Of a stretch of DNA of 64,000 bases, positions 1-10,956 are shown in pieces. Made by a program: the position numbers and the translations under genes. The DNA is from a virus. The notes beneath the pieces were generated by a model. That model saw nothing but the letters and a program-made list of their open reading frames with translations. It did no database searches and was not told where the DNA came from. The DNA is taken from the IMG/VR virus record IMGVR_UViG_3300012948_000003, positions 40,445 through 104,444 of that record; one strand, 5' to 3'. Within the stretch, counting starts at the first letter, position 1, and each line of letters starts with the position of its first letter.

Positions 1-826
1 CGGGCGCACCAGCAGCAGCCATTCGACGAAGCGTTCTGCTTATCGGTTGGGTTACACCACTCAGTGCTTGAACTGCTTGAAGCGCAGTCTGATATTCAGG
101 AGATGTTAAGAGCTTTCGAACATCAGGAGGGAGCTTTTGGAGGGAGGTAGGAATCTTAAAAGGTTTCTTCGGGGCAGTTATCGACGGCCATTGTATTCCG
201 GTGTTAGGATCAGTATCATATCGTACAGAGTAACCCCACTCCTGCTTGAGTTGATCGGCAACATTCGCTGCACCTTCGAGATCGCCTCGGGCTTTTAAGC
301 TCTCGAAGTTCTGCGCTACGAGTTCGTCGGGACGTGGTTTCCATGCTGGAGCAGGAGCTGCTGGCGGAGGTGCAACAGGCGGAGCCGCTGGCGGAGCAGC
401 GCCTTCATCCGGTAAGGCATCAGGGCTGATAGACCCCATTGCCGCGACATGTACATGATTAGAATGTTTACCTATAGCACCTACCGATTGACCGCCTCGC
501 CATCCACCAACAGGATCGTGATACAGTTCTGCCAGATTCGGACCGTAAGTATCCCGGAGATGCTCGGTGAATGCTCTCATCGACTCGGGCGCACCTGTAA
601 AGTCCCAGCCCTCACCAGCGACGTGCATCGAACCCGGTCTACCACCTACGGCGCGATTATGCGCAGGCGTACGCTTTGCCGACGAGAGAGTCAGACCATA
701 ACCCTGAGCTTCTCGCGTCAGCGTCTCTTGAGGATTAGCCCCGAGGTCTGCCCACTGCGGCAAGTCCTCTGGATTAATCGGCGCTAATGCCTGCGGGTTT
801 TGTTGGAATTGTGATGGGTCTTCCAT
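1..826 (-). CDS. Large virion/ejection protein (5' part; runs off window edge) with N-terminal M15-type (LAS) peptidoglycan peptidase domain
   Basis: Not in the ORF track. Hand translation from ATG at 826 stays open to base 1: MEDPSQFQQ...SSAKRTPAHNRAVGGRPGSMHVAGEGWDF...HSNHVHVA (H-x6-D...H-x-H Zn motif), then a Pro/Ala linker. Confidence 0.65.
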   Translation of the reverse strand, partial: MEDPSQFQQNPQALAPINPEDLPQWADLGANPQETLTREAQGYGLTLSSAKRTPAHNRAVGGRPGSMHVAGEGWDFTGAPESMRAFTEHLRDTYGPNLAELYHDPVGGWRGGQSVGAIGKHSNHVHVAAMGSISPDALPDEGAAPPAAPPVAPPPAAPAPAWKPRPDELVAQNFESLKARGDLEGAANVADQLKQEWGYSVRYDTDPNTGIQWPSITAPKKPFKIPTSLQKLPPDVRKLLTSPEYQTALQAVQALSGVTQPISRTLRRMAAAGAP

Positions 827-843
827 TTTCTTTTAAAAGAAAA

Positions 844-2514
844 TTATTGTTGAACTGGCACAGGCACGAGCTGTCCATTTGCTCCGGGCCTGAAGACCAC
901 TACAAGCGTCTTCCCCGTGTTAGGATCACGGTAGAGGTGAGGCTGTCCATCACCCGCATTCTGGCGCGTTGCTGGCGTTGGTTGAGCTGCGCCTTGAGGT
1001 GCGCCTTGCGCTCCGCCTTTCGGTGGAGTTGGTGCGGCTTTTTGTAATTCGTTTAATTTAGCGGCTCGATCCGCTTTCTGTCTCGCAATCTCGGCTTGAA
1101 TCCTCCCTTCTAACTCTTGCTCCTGCTGCTCCTTTGTCGGACCGCCAGTCTTCGATTTATCGCGGAATCCTAGCAGCGGAGGCTTCAAGTCTTTTCGATC
1201 TCGGACCTGTTTCTCAATCTTCGCATCGGAGTTCGCTTCATTAAAAGCCGCCACTCTATTCTGATGCGCTATCTGCGCGTCATGGTATCGTTGCTGCTCC
1301 GCAAGACTCGCCCCGGCACGTTGAGCCTTTCCTGCCTCAGCTGCCGCAGCGCGTTGTGTTTTTCCTGCTTCAACCGTTTTCTGAGCCGAGACAAGCGGTT
1401 TACCTTCATCGTCGGTTGCTAGTTCGCCCGATGTCACATCTCTAAAGTTGAAGTTTTCATCAACCTTAATAGCGCCGTTTATGAACTTCCGGCGAAGCCT
1501 ACCCGGAATACCTAATTGAGCTGCGGCATACTCCAGCTGTTCCGGAGTAGTTAGCATCCCGGCATTGTAGTCCGCTCTGATCGAATGCTTTCGATCTCTT
1601 TCATTCATCTGATCCCAGCGAGCGATCCTTGCTTTAGTCTGTTCTTCCGTTATATCGACCTTTCTCTCTGCGAGTCGCTGTTGCTGTTGCTTCAACAATT
1701 CGTAGTATTGCTGCTGTTCGGTCTTCGGAGTCATCAGACCTGTTATCGGATCGACTCCGGTCAGTTGTGCTATGTGCGCAGCGTTAGCAAGACGAGCATT
1801 TCTTATCTGCTGCTCCGCTGCTGCTGGTCCTGCGTGGTACTGAGCTTGCTGATTATACCAAGCTCTCGTGGTCATATTCGGATCGACAGCTCCGAGAATA
1901 GCGCCACCAATATTACCGAGCGCAAGACCCTTCAACGCTCCCATCAAGTGACCCTTAAAACCATGTACTGGTTCTGGCGTATGCGAGATCGCATCTAGAT
2001 AGCGCTGCGTTAACGGACCCACTCCGGTAGCCTGTCGGACAGCTGCAAGCTGAGCAAGAGTCTCTGGCGGTAACGGTGAACCCCACGGCGTAGTCTGCCT
2101 GCCCATTAGACCATACTGAAGACGTGCTCGCGCTAAATCGTTCTCGTCATGAATTCCATAAGCACCGTAATCAAGCGGTGCTGGAGGAGTTCCGATATCA
2201 GGCATGGGAACAGTAGTAGGCATACCAGTAGGAGCGCCACCGATATTCATAGCAGCAGGGAATGCTGGCAGAGCTGGAGGACCTGCTTCGCCCGATGCTG
2301 CTTTAGCTCGCATTCCTACTTCTTCAGGCGATAGGGCTCCGCTAGCCAGCGCAGCTTTAACCCCCATCCCCACTTCTGGCGCTGCTGGCGCTGGAGCTAT
2401 TGCTCGTTGATCGGGCTCTGGTTCTGGCGTATAGGTTGCCGCAAGGTCAGCGCCCGGCTCGTAGGCTTGCGCTAGCGCAGCCAGTGTGTATGGATTTAAG
2501 GTAGGAGGTGTCAT
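844..2514 (-). CDS. Putative internal virion/DNA ejection protein
   Basis: 556 aa, Ala/Gln/Pro-rich, GxxxG segment (GALKGLALGNIGGAILGA), coiled-coil; located after the tail genes. Confidence 0.5.
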   Translation of the reverse strand: MTPPTLNPYTLAALAQAYEPGADLAATYTPEPEPDQRAIAPAPAAPEVGMGVKAALASGALSPEEVGMRAKAASGEAGPPALPAFPAAMNIGGAPTGMPTTVPMPDIGTPPAPLDYGAYGIHDENDLARARLQYGLMGRQTTPWGSPLPPETLAQLAAVRQATGVGPLTQRYLDAISHTPEPVHGFKGHLMGALKGLALGNIGGAILGAVDPNMTTRAWYNQQAQYHAGPAAAEQQIRNARLANAAHIAQLTGVDPITGLMTPKTEQQQYYELLKQQQQRLAERKVDITEEQTKARIARWDQMNERDRKHSIRADYNAGMLTTPEQLEYAAAQLGIPGRLRRKFINGAIKVDENFNFRDVTSGELATDDEGKPLVSAQKTVEAGKTQRAAAAEAGKAQRAGASLAEQQRYHDAQIAHQNRVAAFNEANSDAKIEKQVRDRKDLKPPLLGFRDKSKTGGPTKEQQEQELEGRIQAEIARQKADRAAKLNELQKAAPTPPKGGAQGAPQGAAQPTPATRQNAGDGQPHLYRDPNTGKTLVVVFRPGANGQLVPVPVQQ

Positions 2515-2515
2515 C

Positions 2516-4849
2516 TTACACTCCTTGCGGTCGTGTATAGTAATCCGGAATGGTGAATCCGAATTCCTTCGCCCGTTCCTGTAAGAGCGTTAGGTCCTGC
2601 TTCATGTTTTCGGTATCGTAAGCTAAGCGGTAGACGTCATCCATGTCTTTGTCTTGAAAACCGGACTGCACAGGATGATCGTGATAGACCACTGCGTCCT
2701 CAGCCCAAATGTATCTGCTGATCATCTTGCAGCGTTCTGTCAGTTCGTTGTCACATCCGAGATGCTTGTAGCCAGTATGAAAGAACTCACCACCTAGCAT
2801 CGGCAGGAGCTTCTTTGATGCAAGCCAGTGCGTTGCAAATTCTCCGTGCCAGTACTTGTCGTTCAATCCAACTAGTCCATCCATATCAGGGAAGTTCTTA
2901 ATCATCGCCTTCAGTGCATTCAGTAAGAAGTTCGGTCGCGGAACGCAGTCATTACCGAGAAACATCACAAGGCTTCCCGTGGAACGATCAACGCCGCGCT
3001 TGAGCATCTTCGGTGCGCCTTGACGATCTTCGAAGGAATCATTCTCCACTAAGACTTCGTAATTTGGGTAGCCTGCGTGAGTATCGATCAGTTTCGCGAG
3101 ACGCTTGAGTTTCTCTGGACGTCCGAGCGTAGGGATTACGATTGATATCTTCGGACCGCATACACAGACGAGATACTGGAATTCGTTCATCACCCGTCTG
3201 ATTCTATCTGATTGCTGACAGAAGAATACCGGGTCCTCCCAGTATTGCTTTATTAGATTCTTTGCTTCTTGTTCTGTGTAAACAACGTGATGAAACTCGG
3301 ACGGCATATTCAACGGGATTGATGCAATAAACAGCTTCGAGTTCCTTGATGCCCAAATAAGAAAAGGTCTCGGATCATGTAGGTGTTCGATTGTTTCAAA
3401 ACTGACGACCGCATCAACCTGACAACTGTCCGGGAGACCCTGTTCGAGATCGGCAATCCAGTAGCCGGGACCATACTTTTCCTCGGCAACCTTAATCGCT
3501 ACAGGCTCTATATCGCATCCTTGATATTCGCTCGCAGCCAGAATCGTCTTTCCGTAGCCATCACCAGAAGCCGCATCAAGCACCTTTAACCCCGAGGTGA
3601 ACGACGCGGCAAAGTTATATCGTGCAAGATGCTCAGTCTCGACATCTTCAAGAGGTGTCTTGCCCGGAATATAGCGCTCACCAGTCCATTCCAGCTCGGT
3701 CGGATAGAACCACTTCTTTTCAGAGAGATACTTCGGATTGTTCGGCTGATAAGCAAGCGCTTGATCGTAATGGAGCTTTGCGCCTTCCTTATCTCCGAGA
3801 CGCCAGAGCGCCCAGTACAACATCTCGTGCGGGATGTGTTGGTAGTGCGCGAGATTGTTCGCATAGAACCCGTGCCACTTTACTGTTAATGCGGCTGAGG
3901 CGTATGCCGCTGTCTTTTGAAAGTCGTCTTTTCTCCACCAGTACTCCGCCAGCCTGATAAGAGGCTCACGCCGGGTCCCGTCAGTATCGAAAGCACGGTG
4001 ATACCAAACAAGCGCTTCCTTCTCTCGTTCCAACATTATCAGCGCGTCACCGATGTAGATCATGCTCTGCGCTTGTTCCGGGACCCAGCGATTCATTGCA
4101 ATGTGTCGTGAGAATTCCTTGATCGCTGAGAGTGGTCGCTTGCTCCAAAGTAGCTCGCGAGCAAAGTAATGACTATTACGGTCCTTCTCTGGATTCAAAT
4201 GACAATCAAGCGCGAGCCCGGCGAGATATCGTCCCCTACGCTCAGAGGGTTCCTGAAAGTGCTCTAAGAGAACCTCGTTCGTCGGCAAGAATGCAGTCTT
4301 TCCTTCGCCAGCTAGAACTTCATGCACGATCCCGGCCCAGTGAAACTTTCGGCGATCATAGCACTTTGAGTGAGTAAATCTTATCGCTGGATTACCATAC
4401 TGATCATGCGAGAATATGAAGTCGTACTCCAGACGCTCAGCGCCTTCCTTGAAGGCTTTTACTATTGGTAATAGATGAAAGTTAGTGAATGCTTCATCGC
4501 AGTCTGGCATCCAGACGATATCATTCGATGCCAATCCTGCCGCATAGTTACGCGCAGCTGAATAATCGAAGAGCTGAGTTCCTTCGTGTACTATTTCTTC
4601 TTCTGGCTCAACTATGCACGTCTGATTAATAGATGCAGCGAGATCGGCATCTATCGTTGTAATAAACTTCTCGCCAACTTCGTCAACAACGCAACCCAGC
4701 CCGGTCGCTACTGCAACAGTATCGTCGGTGGACCCGGTATCCACCAGAACTACCTCTCCGCCTAAGACGCGGAATTCCTCCAGCGATGCTAGTAATCGCG
4801 GGAGCGTCTGTGATTCATTCCGGGCAATAAGAACTATCGAGAAATTCAT
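2516..4849 (-). CDS. Multidomain glycosyltransferase: GT2 + TPR + SAM methyltransferase + second GT2
   Basis: FSIVLIARNE...VDTGSTDDT...DCDE (GT2); TPR-like helices; VLDAASGDGYG...VVSFETIEHL (class I MTase); ISIVIPTLGR...FLGNDC (GT2). Confidence 0.85.
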   Translation of the reverse strand: MNFSIVLIARNESQTLPRLLASLEEFRVLGGEVVLVDTGSTDDTVAVATGLGCVVDEVGEKFITTIDADLAASINQTCIVEPEEEIVHEGTQLFDYSAARNYAAGLASNDIVWMPDCDEAFTNFHLLPIVKAFKEGAERLEYDFIFSHDQYGNPAIRFTHSKCYDRRKFHWAGIVHEVLAGEGKTAFLPTNEVLLEHFQEPSERRGRYLAGLALDCHLNPEKDRNSHYFARELLWSKRPLSAIKEFSRHIAMNRWVPEQAQSMIYIGDALIMLEREKEALVWYHRAFDTDGTRREPLIRLAEYWWRKDDFQKTAAYASAALTVKWHGFYANNLAHYQHIPHEMLYWALWRLGDKEGAKLHYDQALAYQPNNPKYLSEKKWFYPTELEWTGERYIPGKTPLEDVETEHLARYNFAASFTSGLKVLDAASGDGYGKTILAASEYQGCDIEPVAIKVAEEKYGPGYWIADLEQGLPDSCQVDAVVSFETIEHLHDPRPFLIWASRNSKLFIASIPLNMPSEFHHVVYTEQEAKNLIKQYWEDPVFFCQQSDRIRRVMNEFQYLVCVCGPKISIVIPTLGRPEKLKRLAKLIDTHAGYPNYEVLVENDSFEDRQGAPKMLKRGVDRSTGSLVMFLGNDCVPRPNFLLNALKAMIKNFPDMDGLVGLNDKYWHGEFATHWLASKKLLPMLGGEFFHTGYKHLGCDNELTERCKMISRYIWAEDAVVYHDHPVQSGFQDKDMDDVYRLAYDTENMKQDLTLLQERAKEFGFTIPDYYTRPQGV

Positions 4850-4850
4850 A

Positions 4851-6788
4851 TTACGCTTGCAACTTAACGATAAGTGCTCTTCTAGTCGAAGAAGTAAACG
4901 TACCTAAAGTGGAAGGCAAGGCACCGCCGCTGATATTGTTTGAGGTTGTAAATTTTACGGGGACCGACCCTTGAGCAACATTCATGTACGACGTATTCTC
5001 GGTAAAGAAATTCACCGCTACCACAGCGGTGTCGTCGCAGGCAACGGCTTGAATGTACCATCCGGGCTCAAGGGTCACGTCCGCGCCGAGCGTAGTGGTC
5101 TTCACTGCGACAGCTCCGGTACCTACGTCGATTTGTCCACTATTAATAAGCAGGCTTGTTCCGTCATGGTTGTATATGCCAATGTACGCCTTCTTTCCGG
5201 CAGACGCCTGCTGCAACCAGAAACATAATTGATGCACAACCAGCTTTAAAGGTAACCAAAATCTGACAGCTGTTATATTATTCGCCGATTCAAACTGCGT
5301 CTGAGTTACTGCCGCAGTATCACCTATTTCTAGTGCTGGTATAAACCACGACTCTGACGAGTTAGATGCATTCGTGCCAGTCGCCCCAGTATAACCCGTG
5401 TAACCCGTGTATCCGGTCGCACCTCCAGCACCTCCGGAGCCAGCAGGCCCAGTATATCCGGTATATCCGGTATATCCCGTATATCCTGTGTATCCGGTTG
5501 GTCCGGTATAGCCCGTGTAACCCGTATAGCCTGTAAAGCCACTATTCGGTCCAGTGTACCCGGTATAGCCTGTTGCTCCGGTGTTTGTTGCTACCCCGGA
5601 AGGACCAGTGTAGCCAGTGTAGCCCGTTGGTCCAGTGTAACCCGTATAGCCTGTGTACCCCGTGTACCCAGTCGCCCCGGTGTTTGTTGCCGAACCCGCA
5701 GTGCCTGTGTATCCAGTATAACCAGTGTAGCCTGTGTAGCCAGTTGCACCTGTATTCGTCGCGGAACCAGCAGTGCCAGTATACCCTGTATATCCGCTGT
5801 ACCCGGTTGGACCCGTGTACCCGGTTGGACCCGTGTAGCCAGTGTACCCGGTCGGTCCGGTGTAGCCAGTTGCTCCAGTGTATACTGCTGTGCCCGGAAC
5901 TCCGGTGTAACCAGTATAACCTGTCGGTCCGGTTCGACCAGTGAAGCCAGTATAACCAGTATAGCCTGTATATCCGCTAGGCCCGGTGTAACCAGTGTAT
6001 CCCGTGTACCCAGTCGGTCCAGTGACAGTAGACGCAGCTCCACCTGCGCCTGTGTAACCCGTATAGCCCGTGTATCCGGTATAACCCGTCCTGCCAGTGT
6101 AGCCCGTGTACCCTGTGTAACCAGTGTAACCGGACGGACCCGTGTAACCAGTCGTTCCAGTATAACCAGTCGGACCAGTTACCGTCGAAGCAGCTCCACC
6201 CGGCCCAGTGGGACCTGTCGGTCCAGTTACGGTAGATGCAGAACCTGTCGGTCCAGTGTAACCAGTAGGACCCGCAGGTCCTGTAGCGCCGAGACTTACA
6301 GCTGCTATTTTAGCATCAATTTGCGTTTTTGTATAGGTAGCAAGGTCTAAGTTAACAGCTACAGCGACTGTATAAATACTTAAGTCCGCCCATGTCGCGC
6401 AGGTCCCCGCTGGAGCGCAGGAAGTAGTGCTGATGATTACTGGCGGGACCTCGATGTCCTGCATCCCGGCAACTACACCGATAAGAGCACCGCTATCTCT
6501 GTACCAGTAGAAAGTGTATGTTGCTAACTGAGTGATGGCGGTAGCATCCGTAGTTGACTTAAGCGTGAACGCAGGAACCGTTACAGTACTGACGCCATCG
6601 AATGTACAAGGGATATCGAGATAGTATTGTCCGTTCTCAGGAGACCCACCCGGAACATAAACTGGCGAAGCATCGCTCGTCAGGAAAGACGTAGAAGCAA
6701 ACACGCGAAGGCGTGGTGGCGCAGCAGCCGTCACACCAACTGCGTGAAAGTCCAAAACAGTTTGAGCCTGTACGTGGATGTCAGCCAT
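4851..6788 (-). CDS. Collagen-like (GYT/GPT repeat) fibre protein
   Basis: About 300 aa of Gly-X-Thr triplets; N-terminal ~160 aa paralogous to 25534..28602. Confidence 0.8.
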   Translation of the reverse strand: MADIHVQAQTVLDFHAVGVTAAAPPRLRVFASTSFLTSDASPVYVPGGSPENGQYYLDIPCTFDGVSTVTVPAFTLKSTTDATAITQLATYTFYWYRDSGALIGVVAGMQDIEVPPVIISTTSCAPAGTCATWADLSIYTVAVAVNLDLATYTKTQIDAKIAAVSLGATGPAGPTGYTGPTGSASTVTGPTGPTGPGGAASTVTGPTGYTGTTGYTGPSGYTGYTGYTGYTGRTGYTGYTGYTGYTGAGGAASTVTGPTGYTGYTGYTGPSGYTGYTGYTGFTGRTGPTGYTGYTGVPGTAVYTGATGYTGPTGYTGYTGPTGYTGPTGYSGYTGYTGTAGSATNTGATGYTGYTGYTGYTGTAGSATNTGATGYTGYTGYTGYTGPTGYTGYTGPSGVATNTGATGYTGYTGPNSGFTGYTGYTGYTGPTGYTGYTGYTGYTGYTGPAGSGGAGGATGYTGYTGYTGATGTNASNSSESWFIPALEIGDTAAVTQTQFESANNITAVRFWLPLKLVVHQLCFWLQQASAGKKAYIGIYNHDGTSLLINSGQIDVGTGAVAVKTTTLGADVTLEPGWYIQAVACDDTAVVAVNFFTENTSYMNVAQGSVPVKFTTSNNISGGALPSTLGTFTSSTRRALIVKLQA

Positions 6789-6805
6789 TTTCTTTTAAAA
6801 GAAAA

Positions 6806-7150
6806 TCAAGAGCTTCGATATGCGACTACCTTCTGAAGGAATGCACGGGCTCGCATGATCTCAGCATCGAAATCATTCCCGTTAACGACTGGCGCATAGA
6901 TATGGTGACACATGAATCCACCGAGAGAGTAACTCTGCAAAGTACATGTGCTGGTGTCGCTAGGAATATCGCAAACGAAGATCACATTCCGGGAGAAACC
7001 GGGAATACCGAGTTCGACCGCATCGAGTTCAAGAGGCTCTAGTGCATCTACATCTGTTTCGTCGCCACTGAGAGATAAAATATTCACGTTCGCCGACGTT
7101 CCCGTCACGAACATATACGCACTTGCTGTAACGTGATCATAGCCTGCCAT
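6806..7150 (-). CDS. Hypothetical tail-region protein
   Basis: 114 aa ORF, coupled to the upstream gene; its stop abuts a palindrome. Confidence 0.5.
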   Translation of the reverse strand: MAGYDHVTASAYMFVTGTSANVNILSLSGDETDVDALEPLELDAVELGIPGFSRNVIFVCDIPSDTSTCTLQSYSLGGFMCHHIYAPVVNGNDFDAEIMRARAFLQKVVAYRSS

Positions 7151-8181
7151 TAGTATGCCGCTGCTAACTGTGGGTTAGTAATGTCGTCAATCGTTACGAA
7201 GTACACATTGTCACCCGCAGCAATTGCCAGAGTTGTGTTAATCAGTTCGAGATCGGTCGGTGGATTATCCAACACAAGTTGAGCAACTAAGGACGGCGAA
7301 GTAGGAGTCCCGACATTGTAAATCTTTAATTTCGAGTTTGCCTGATCGGCAATAAATAAATACGAACCCACTACGCGACAGGCAGCATACTGACTCTCAA
7401 CGACCGGAGGCGGAGGCGTGACCATAAACGCTGTGACGGACTTATCCGAGTCCATCGTCAGCGATTGGGGATTAGTCGAACCTCCTAAGTCTCCTTCCCA
7501 ATGATCAAAGTCATACGGACCTCCGGGAACTGCCGTTACTTCAACTACCGTGTCGGGAACATACGATCCACCCGGAGGAGAAAGTGTCACTGAACCGGAG
7601 CCTAACGGATCAACTCCGGTAGCTAAGTTATAAGCCGTCGTTGAAGTAAAGTACGCTGTAACGGCTTTAGGTGCGTCCACCAGCAGCGTCTGAGGATTAG
7701 TTGTGCCAGTTAAATCTCCGTCCCAGTGATCAAACGTATATCCCGGCGCAGGCGTAGCTGTTATTACGACATTAGTACCATCATCCGAAAAAGGCGGCGA
7801 TACGCTGGAGATAGCTCCATAAAAGTGATTAGCACCACAGGTTCCTAGAGGAGAAAAGGCAATCGACCCTCCACCTACGGGAGCTACCGTTTTTGTAACC
7901 TCTACGCATTCTCTAAAATAAGCATAAATAGTGATTACTCTTTCAGTGTCAGGATTGGGAGGACTCGTAAAAAAGGATACAGGATTACTATTGTCCTCGT
8001 AATAACCAGTCCCGCTAAAAATCGGATCATTAATTAAACAAGTTGTAAACACCCACCCGCTTGCGGCGATATAGGACTCGGAGACCCCATCTGTGTCTAG
8101 TACCGTTTGATCGCCGGGACTAGCTGACCCTGATCCGACTATGTGGACGGTTACATAAAAATTTCTACCGAGATCAGACAT
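7150..8181 (-). CDS. Virion protein with two divergent InlB-B-repeat-like domains and an LVIVD-like C-terminus
   Basis: Two copies of V..TA.P..GY.FDHW.GDL.G.TNPQ.L..D..K.VTA.F; C-terminal LKIYNVGTPTSP. Confidence 0.7.
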   Translation of the reverse strand: MSDLGRNFYVTVHIVGSGSASPGDQTVLDTDGVSESYIAASGWVFTTCLINDPIFSGTGYYEDNSNPVSFFTSPPNPDTERVITIYAYFRECVEVTKTVAPVGGGSIAFSPLGTCGANHFYGAISSVSPPFSDDGTNVVITATPAPGYTFDHWDGDLTGTTNPQTLLVDAPKAVTAYFTSTTAYNLATGVDPLGSGSVTLSPPGGSYVPDTVVEVTAVPGGPYDFDHWEGDLGGSTNPQSLTMDSDKSVTAFMVTPPPPVVESQYAACRVVGSYLFIADQANSKLKIYNVGTPTSPSLVAQLVLDNPPTDLELINTTLAIAAGDNVYFVTIDDITNPQLAAAY

Positions 8182-8190
8182 CGCGCTTCC

Positions 8191-8814
8191 TTACGGATAT
8201 ACCTGTACCATCGCTGAAGGATCACTTACATTAACAATCGCTATCTTGCCGCTGCTACTACCGCCGACTACGTAAACATAGACTCCTTGCGCATCGAGCC
8301 CACTTGCCACGAATCCTACGTCGAGCTGTTGAAGCGATTGCGGATTCCACGGATCAAATACAGAGAGTGAGATTAGGTTCTGTCCGACATCACCGTCATT
8401 GCAACCGAAGATATAAGGACCATGCAATATAAATCGACGTATAGCTTGCGGAAGGATCAGTTCACTAAGCAGACTGAAATTTCCGTCACCCTTCACCCTG
8501 TATATCTTCAGCGCTGCCTGTCCACTGTCTAGCCCCGCAACATACACGAACTCGTTCATAGCGCGAGTCGTGTAGCATTCCGTCATTTCCGTATCAATAG
8601 TAGCGATTGCCGATAAAGCATCGGATACAGGTACGCAGGTATCGCCGCTGTCGCCCGGCGGTTCTCCTCCTGTTCCGGGCTTGATCTTCGTTACGTTCGT
8701 TATGTCCTGTTGGGTGAGCTTCAGATCACTCAGTGCAGACTCGATCATGTTCTGCACTGTCGGATAGTCAATACTGCCGCCTCTGTCGCCAGTCTTAGAA
8801 CCCTGTCGTCCCAT
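8191..8814 (-). CDS. LVIVD-repeat-like beta-propeller tail protein
   Basis: YVYVVGG...IAIVNVSDPSAM; likely start ATG 8814 (MGRQGS). Confidence 0.6.
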   Translation of the reverse strand: MGRQGSKTGDRGGSIDYPTVQNMIESALSDLKLTQQDITNVTKIKPGTGGEPPGDSGDTCVPVSDALSAIATIDTEMTECYTTRAMNEFVYVAGLDSGQAALKIYRVKGDGNFSLLSELILPQAIRRFILHGPYIFGCNDGDVGQNLISLSVFDPWNPQSLQQLDVGFVASGLDAQGVYVYVVGGSSSGKIAIVNVSDPSAMVQVYP

Positions 8815-8815
8815 T

Positions 8816-10528
8816 TTATACTCGTACTGGATGCACGATTTCTTCGCATTCGACGCCGTACAGCTCGGTACCTCCTGAATCGGAGCCACTCAGACCTACT
8901 GCATAGCTCTTGACGTCAGGGATATTGAGATGATGAAACGTCCCGTGACTGGTACCTGCTACAAGATTGGAGCCGTAACCACTCGGTGTCGTAATATCAA
9001 GATCGGTAAAGATATCGAGTCGGCAACTCGCGCTCACCATTGCACGAGCACCAATGACGGTCTTTATGAACGCGGCAAAGTTATCACTCTGGAGCTGACT
9101 GACGATTGACCACGTTGTTCCGCTCCCAGTCTCCAGCTGGTAGAGATCGCCACCAGCATTAGAGAACAGCGCTCGACCGCCAACCGTGTCTGTAACAGCA
9201 GTTACAATCGACGCGGGGAAAGTGAACGGCGTATGCCACTGCCGCAGGTACCGACAATAACCAATACCAATTGTGCCCTTGACATAGAAAACAGAATCGC
9301 TAGCAGGATCATAAACAACAATGCAATTCGAAGCATTGTATCCGTTTGTATCGAAGAACTTCATTACTGGTTCGGCGAATGCTGTCGCTTCGTCACCCGG
9401 ATCGCCACCACCAGCAAGACTATCTCGTACGGGACCTCTCGTGCCGACCCATGCGAAGATTTCAGGACCGACAACGCAGAGTTGATTGGCCGATACCAAT
9501 CCAGTCGTCGGCCAGATCGGACGAATGTTTAAAGGTGAGATGTCGCTTTGGCTAGCGGTCACAAGGTTCAGCGATGAAGCAGTCGCGATCAGTACAGCTC
9601 CTTCAATACCGCTTCCCTTCACCGCTGTTACTGTGCCGCCACCCGGAACAAACACAACAAACCGGGCCGGGAACGACTCGGGCTTATTCGGATACGAAGG
9701 TGATAGTCCTGCCCCGCCATAGCAACCAACAGCAACAATGACTGCATTGATAGCGCAGCAGAATGTACACGGAGGCGGGAGATCATTATCCAACGGCGCA
9801 AGATCGCCGAGCATTCCGTCTGTCCATCCAGCGTGAGGATAACCGTCTACTTGAAGATTGAATGGAACAACGAGATCGACAAGGTCTACATCCATCAAAT
9901 GATATAGTGGACCAATCTCACCGAAGCCTTGCTTTGTAGCGTAGATTCCAACTCGGTCCGTGCCTGTCGGGAACGACGGTAGCGCCGTGATCTGAATAGT
10001 ATGATAACGAGTGAAGACCGCATTGGACGGCGGACCAACTGAACTCTCGCCACCAGTAATCGATCTGATAGCAGTGAGCCCAATCGAGTATAGACCTTTG
10101 GTGAATGCCTCTTTCGGTGAGGCGAGATTAACTTCTATTGTAGGTGCGCCCGGTGCAGCCATCCCGGCTTGCACTGCCGACGCGCCAGTCCAGATCGTAA
10201 TCGTCCCGCCCATCACTGAGCCGACCGATGATCCATCAACGAACGCTTCGCCAGCTCCCGCGTAGAAGTAGATGCCGTCACCGAACGCCTGTACAATACT
10301 TCCGCCACCCGTGAGACCACCCCATGTATCAGCAACGTTCAGTAAAGGATTAACACCTCCGCTATTTGCAACAGAGCTGCCAAAGCCTCTAGCACTGACC
10401 AGAAGACCCGAGCCGCGATTCCAGACATTTTGACCTCCCAGCAGACACTCCGGGACTCCCATGACTTTCGCCGTGGTCGGCCAGTATCCTCGCGGCCATG
10501 CGAATCTCGACTGTGAACGTTCAGGCAA
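8816..10528 (-). CDS. Putative tail nozzle / tail tubular protein B-like
   Basis: 570 aa, beta-rich, downstream of adaptor-sized genes; call rests mainly on position and size. Confidence 0.45.
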   Translation of the reverse strand: MPERSQSRFAWPRGYWPTTAKVMGVPECLLGGQNVWNRGSGLLVSARGFGSSVANSGGVNPLLNVADTWGGLTGGGSIVQAFGDGIYFYAGAGEAFVDGSSVGSVMGGTITIWTGASAVQAGMAAPGAPTIEVNLASPKEAFTKGLYSIGLTAIRSITGGESSVGPPSNAVFTRYHTIQITALPSFPTGTDRVGIYATKQGFGEIGPLYHLMDVDLVDLVVPFNLQVDGYPHAGWTDGMLGDLAPLDNDLPPPCTFCCAINAVIVAVGCYGGAGLSPSYPNKPESFPARFVVFVPGGGTVTAVKGSGIEGAVLIATASSLNLVTASQSDISPLNIRPIWPTTGLVSANQLCVVGPEIFAWVGTRGPVRDSLAGGGDPGDEATAFAEPVMKFFDTNGYNASNCIVVYDPASDSVFYVKGTIGIGYCRYLRQWHTPFTFPASIVTAVTDTVGGRALFSNAGGDLYQLETGSGTTWSIVSQLQSDNFAAFIKTVIGARAMVSASCRLDIFTDLDITTPSGYGSNLVAGTSHGTFHHLNIPDVKSYAVGLSGSDSGGTELYGVECEEIVHPVRV

Positions 10529-10955
10529 CGTTTATATCCTCGTCGGCTGTCGCGTTAGTGTGTCCGCACATAAAACAGACGTACTGCCAAACTACTTTGC
10601 CATAGCGCGGACTCCAGTAACGAAACTGCTTGAGATAGTTTTTACCGCGTTCGAACTTTGGTTTTGCGTTCTCGTTTCGGGTGTAATCAGCCCTGTCGAT
10701 CATGTATTCACAGTTGCATCGCGCTGCGTCGTCTGCCCTCTCTGCGATCATCAACTTCTTGATCCACTCTTGTTCAGGATCACCTGCAACCTTTAGCGCG
10801 TCTTCAAAGCGACCTAGTCTACAGAGCGACTGGACAAGCGTTACTCGCGCATGTGCTTCCTGTCGTTGCGCAAGCAAGAGCATTGTCTCGTCGCGTGTAA
10901 GACCCTTCATTTGAGCCGGGGAATGCGGTTCTTCTACTGGAGTGTAGGTATGCAT
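10521..10955 (-). CDS. Hypothetical protein with Cys motifs (CxC, CxxCGH)
   Basis: ORF in the minus-strand operon; likely start MHTYTP. Confidence 0.5.
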   Translation of the reverse strand: MHTYTPVEEPHSPAQMKGLTRDETMLLLAQRQEAHARVTLVQSLCRLGRFEDALKVAGDPEQEWIKKLMIAERADDAARCNCEYMIDRADYTRNENAKPKFERGKNYLKQFRYWSPRYGKVVWQYVCFMCGHTNATADEDINVA

Positions 10956-10956
10956 A

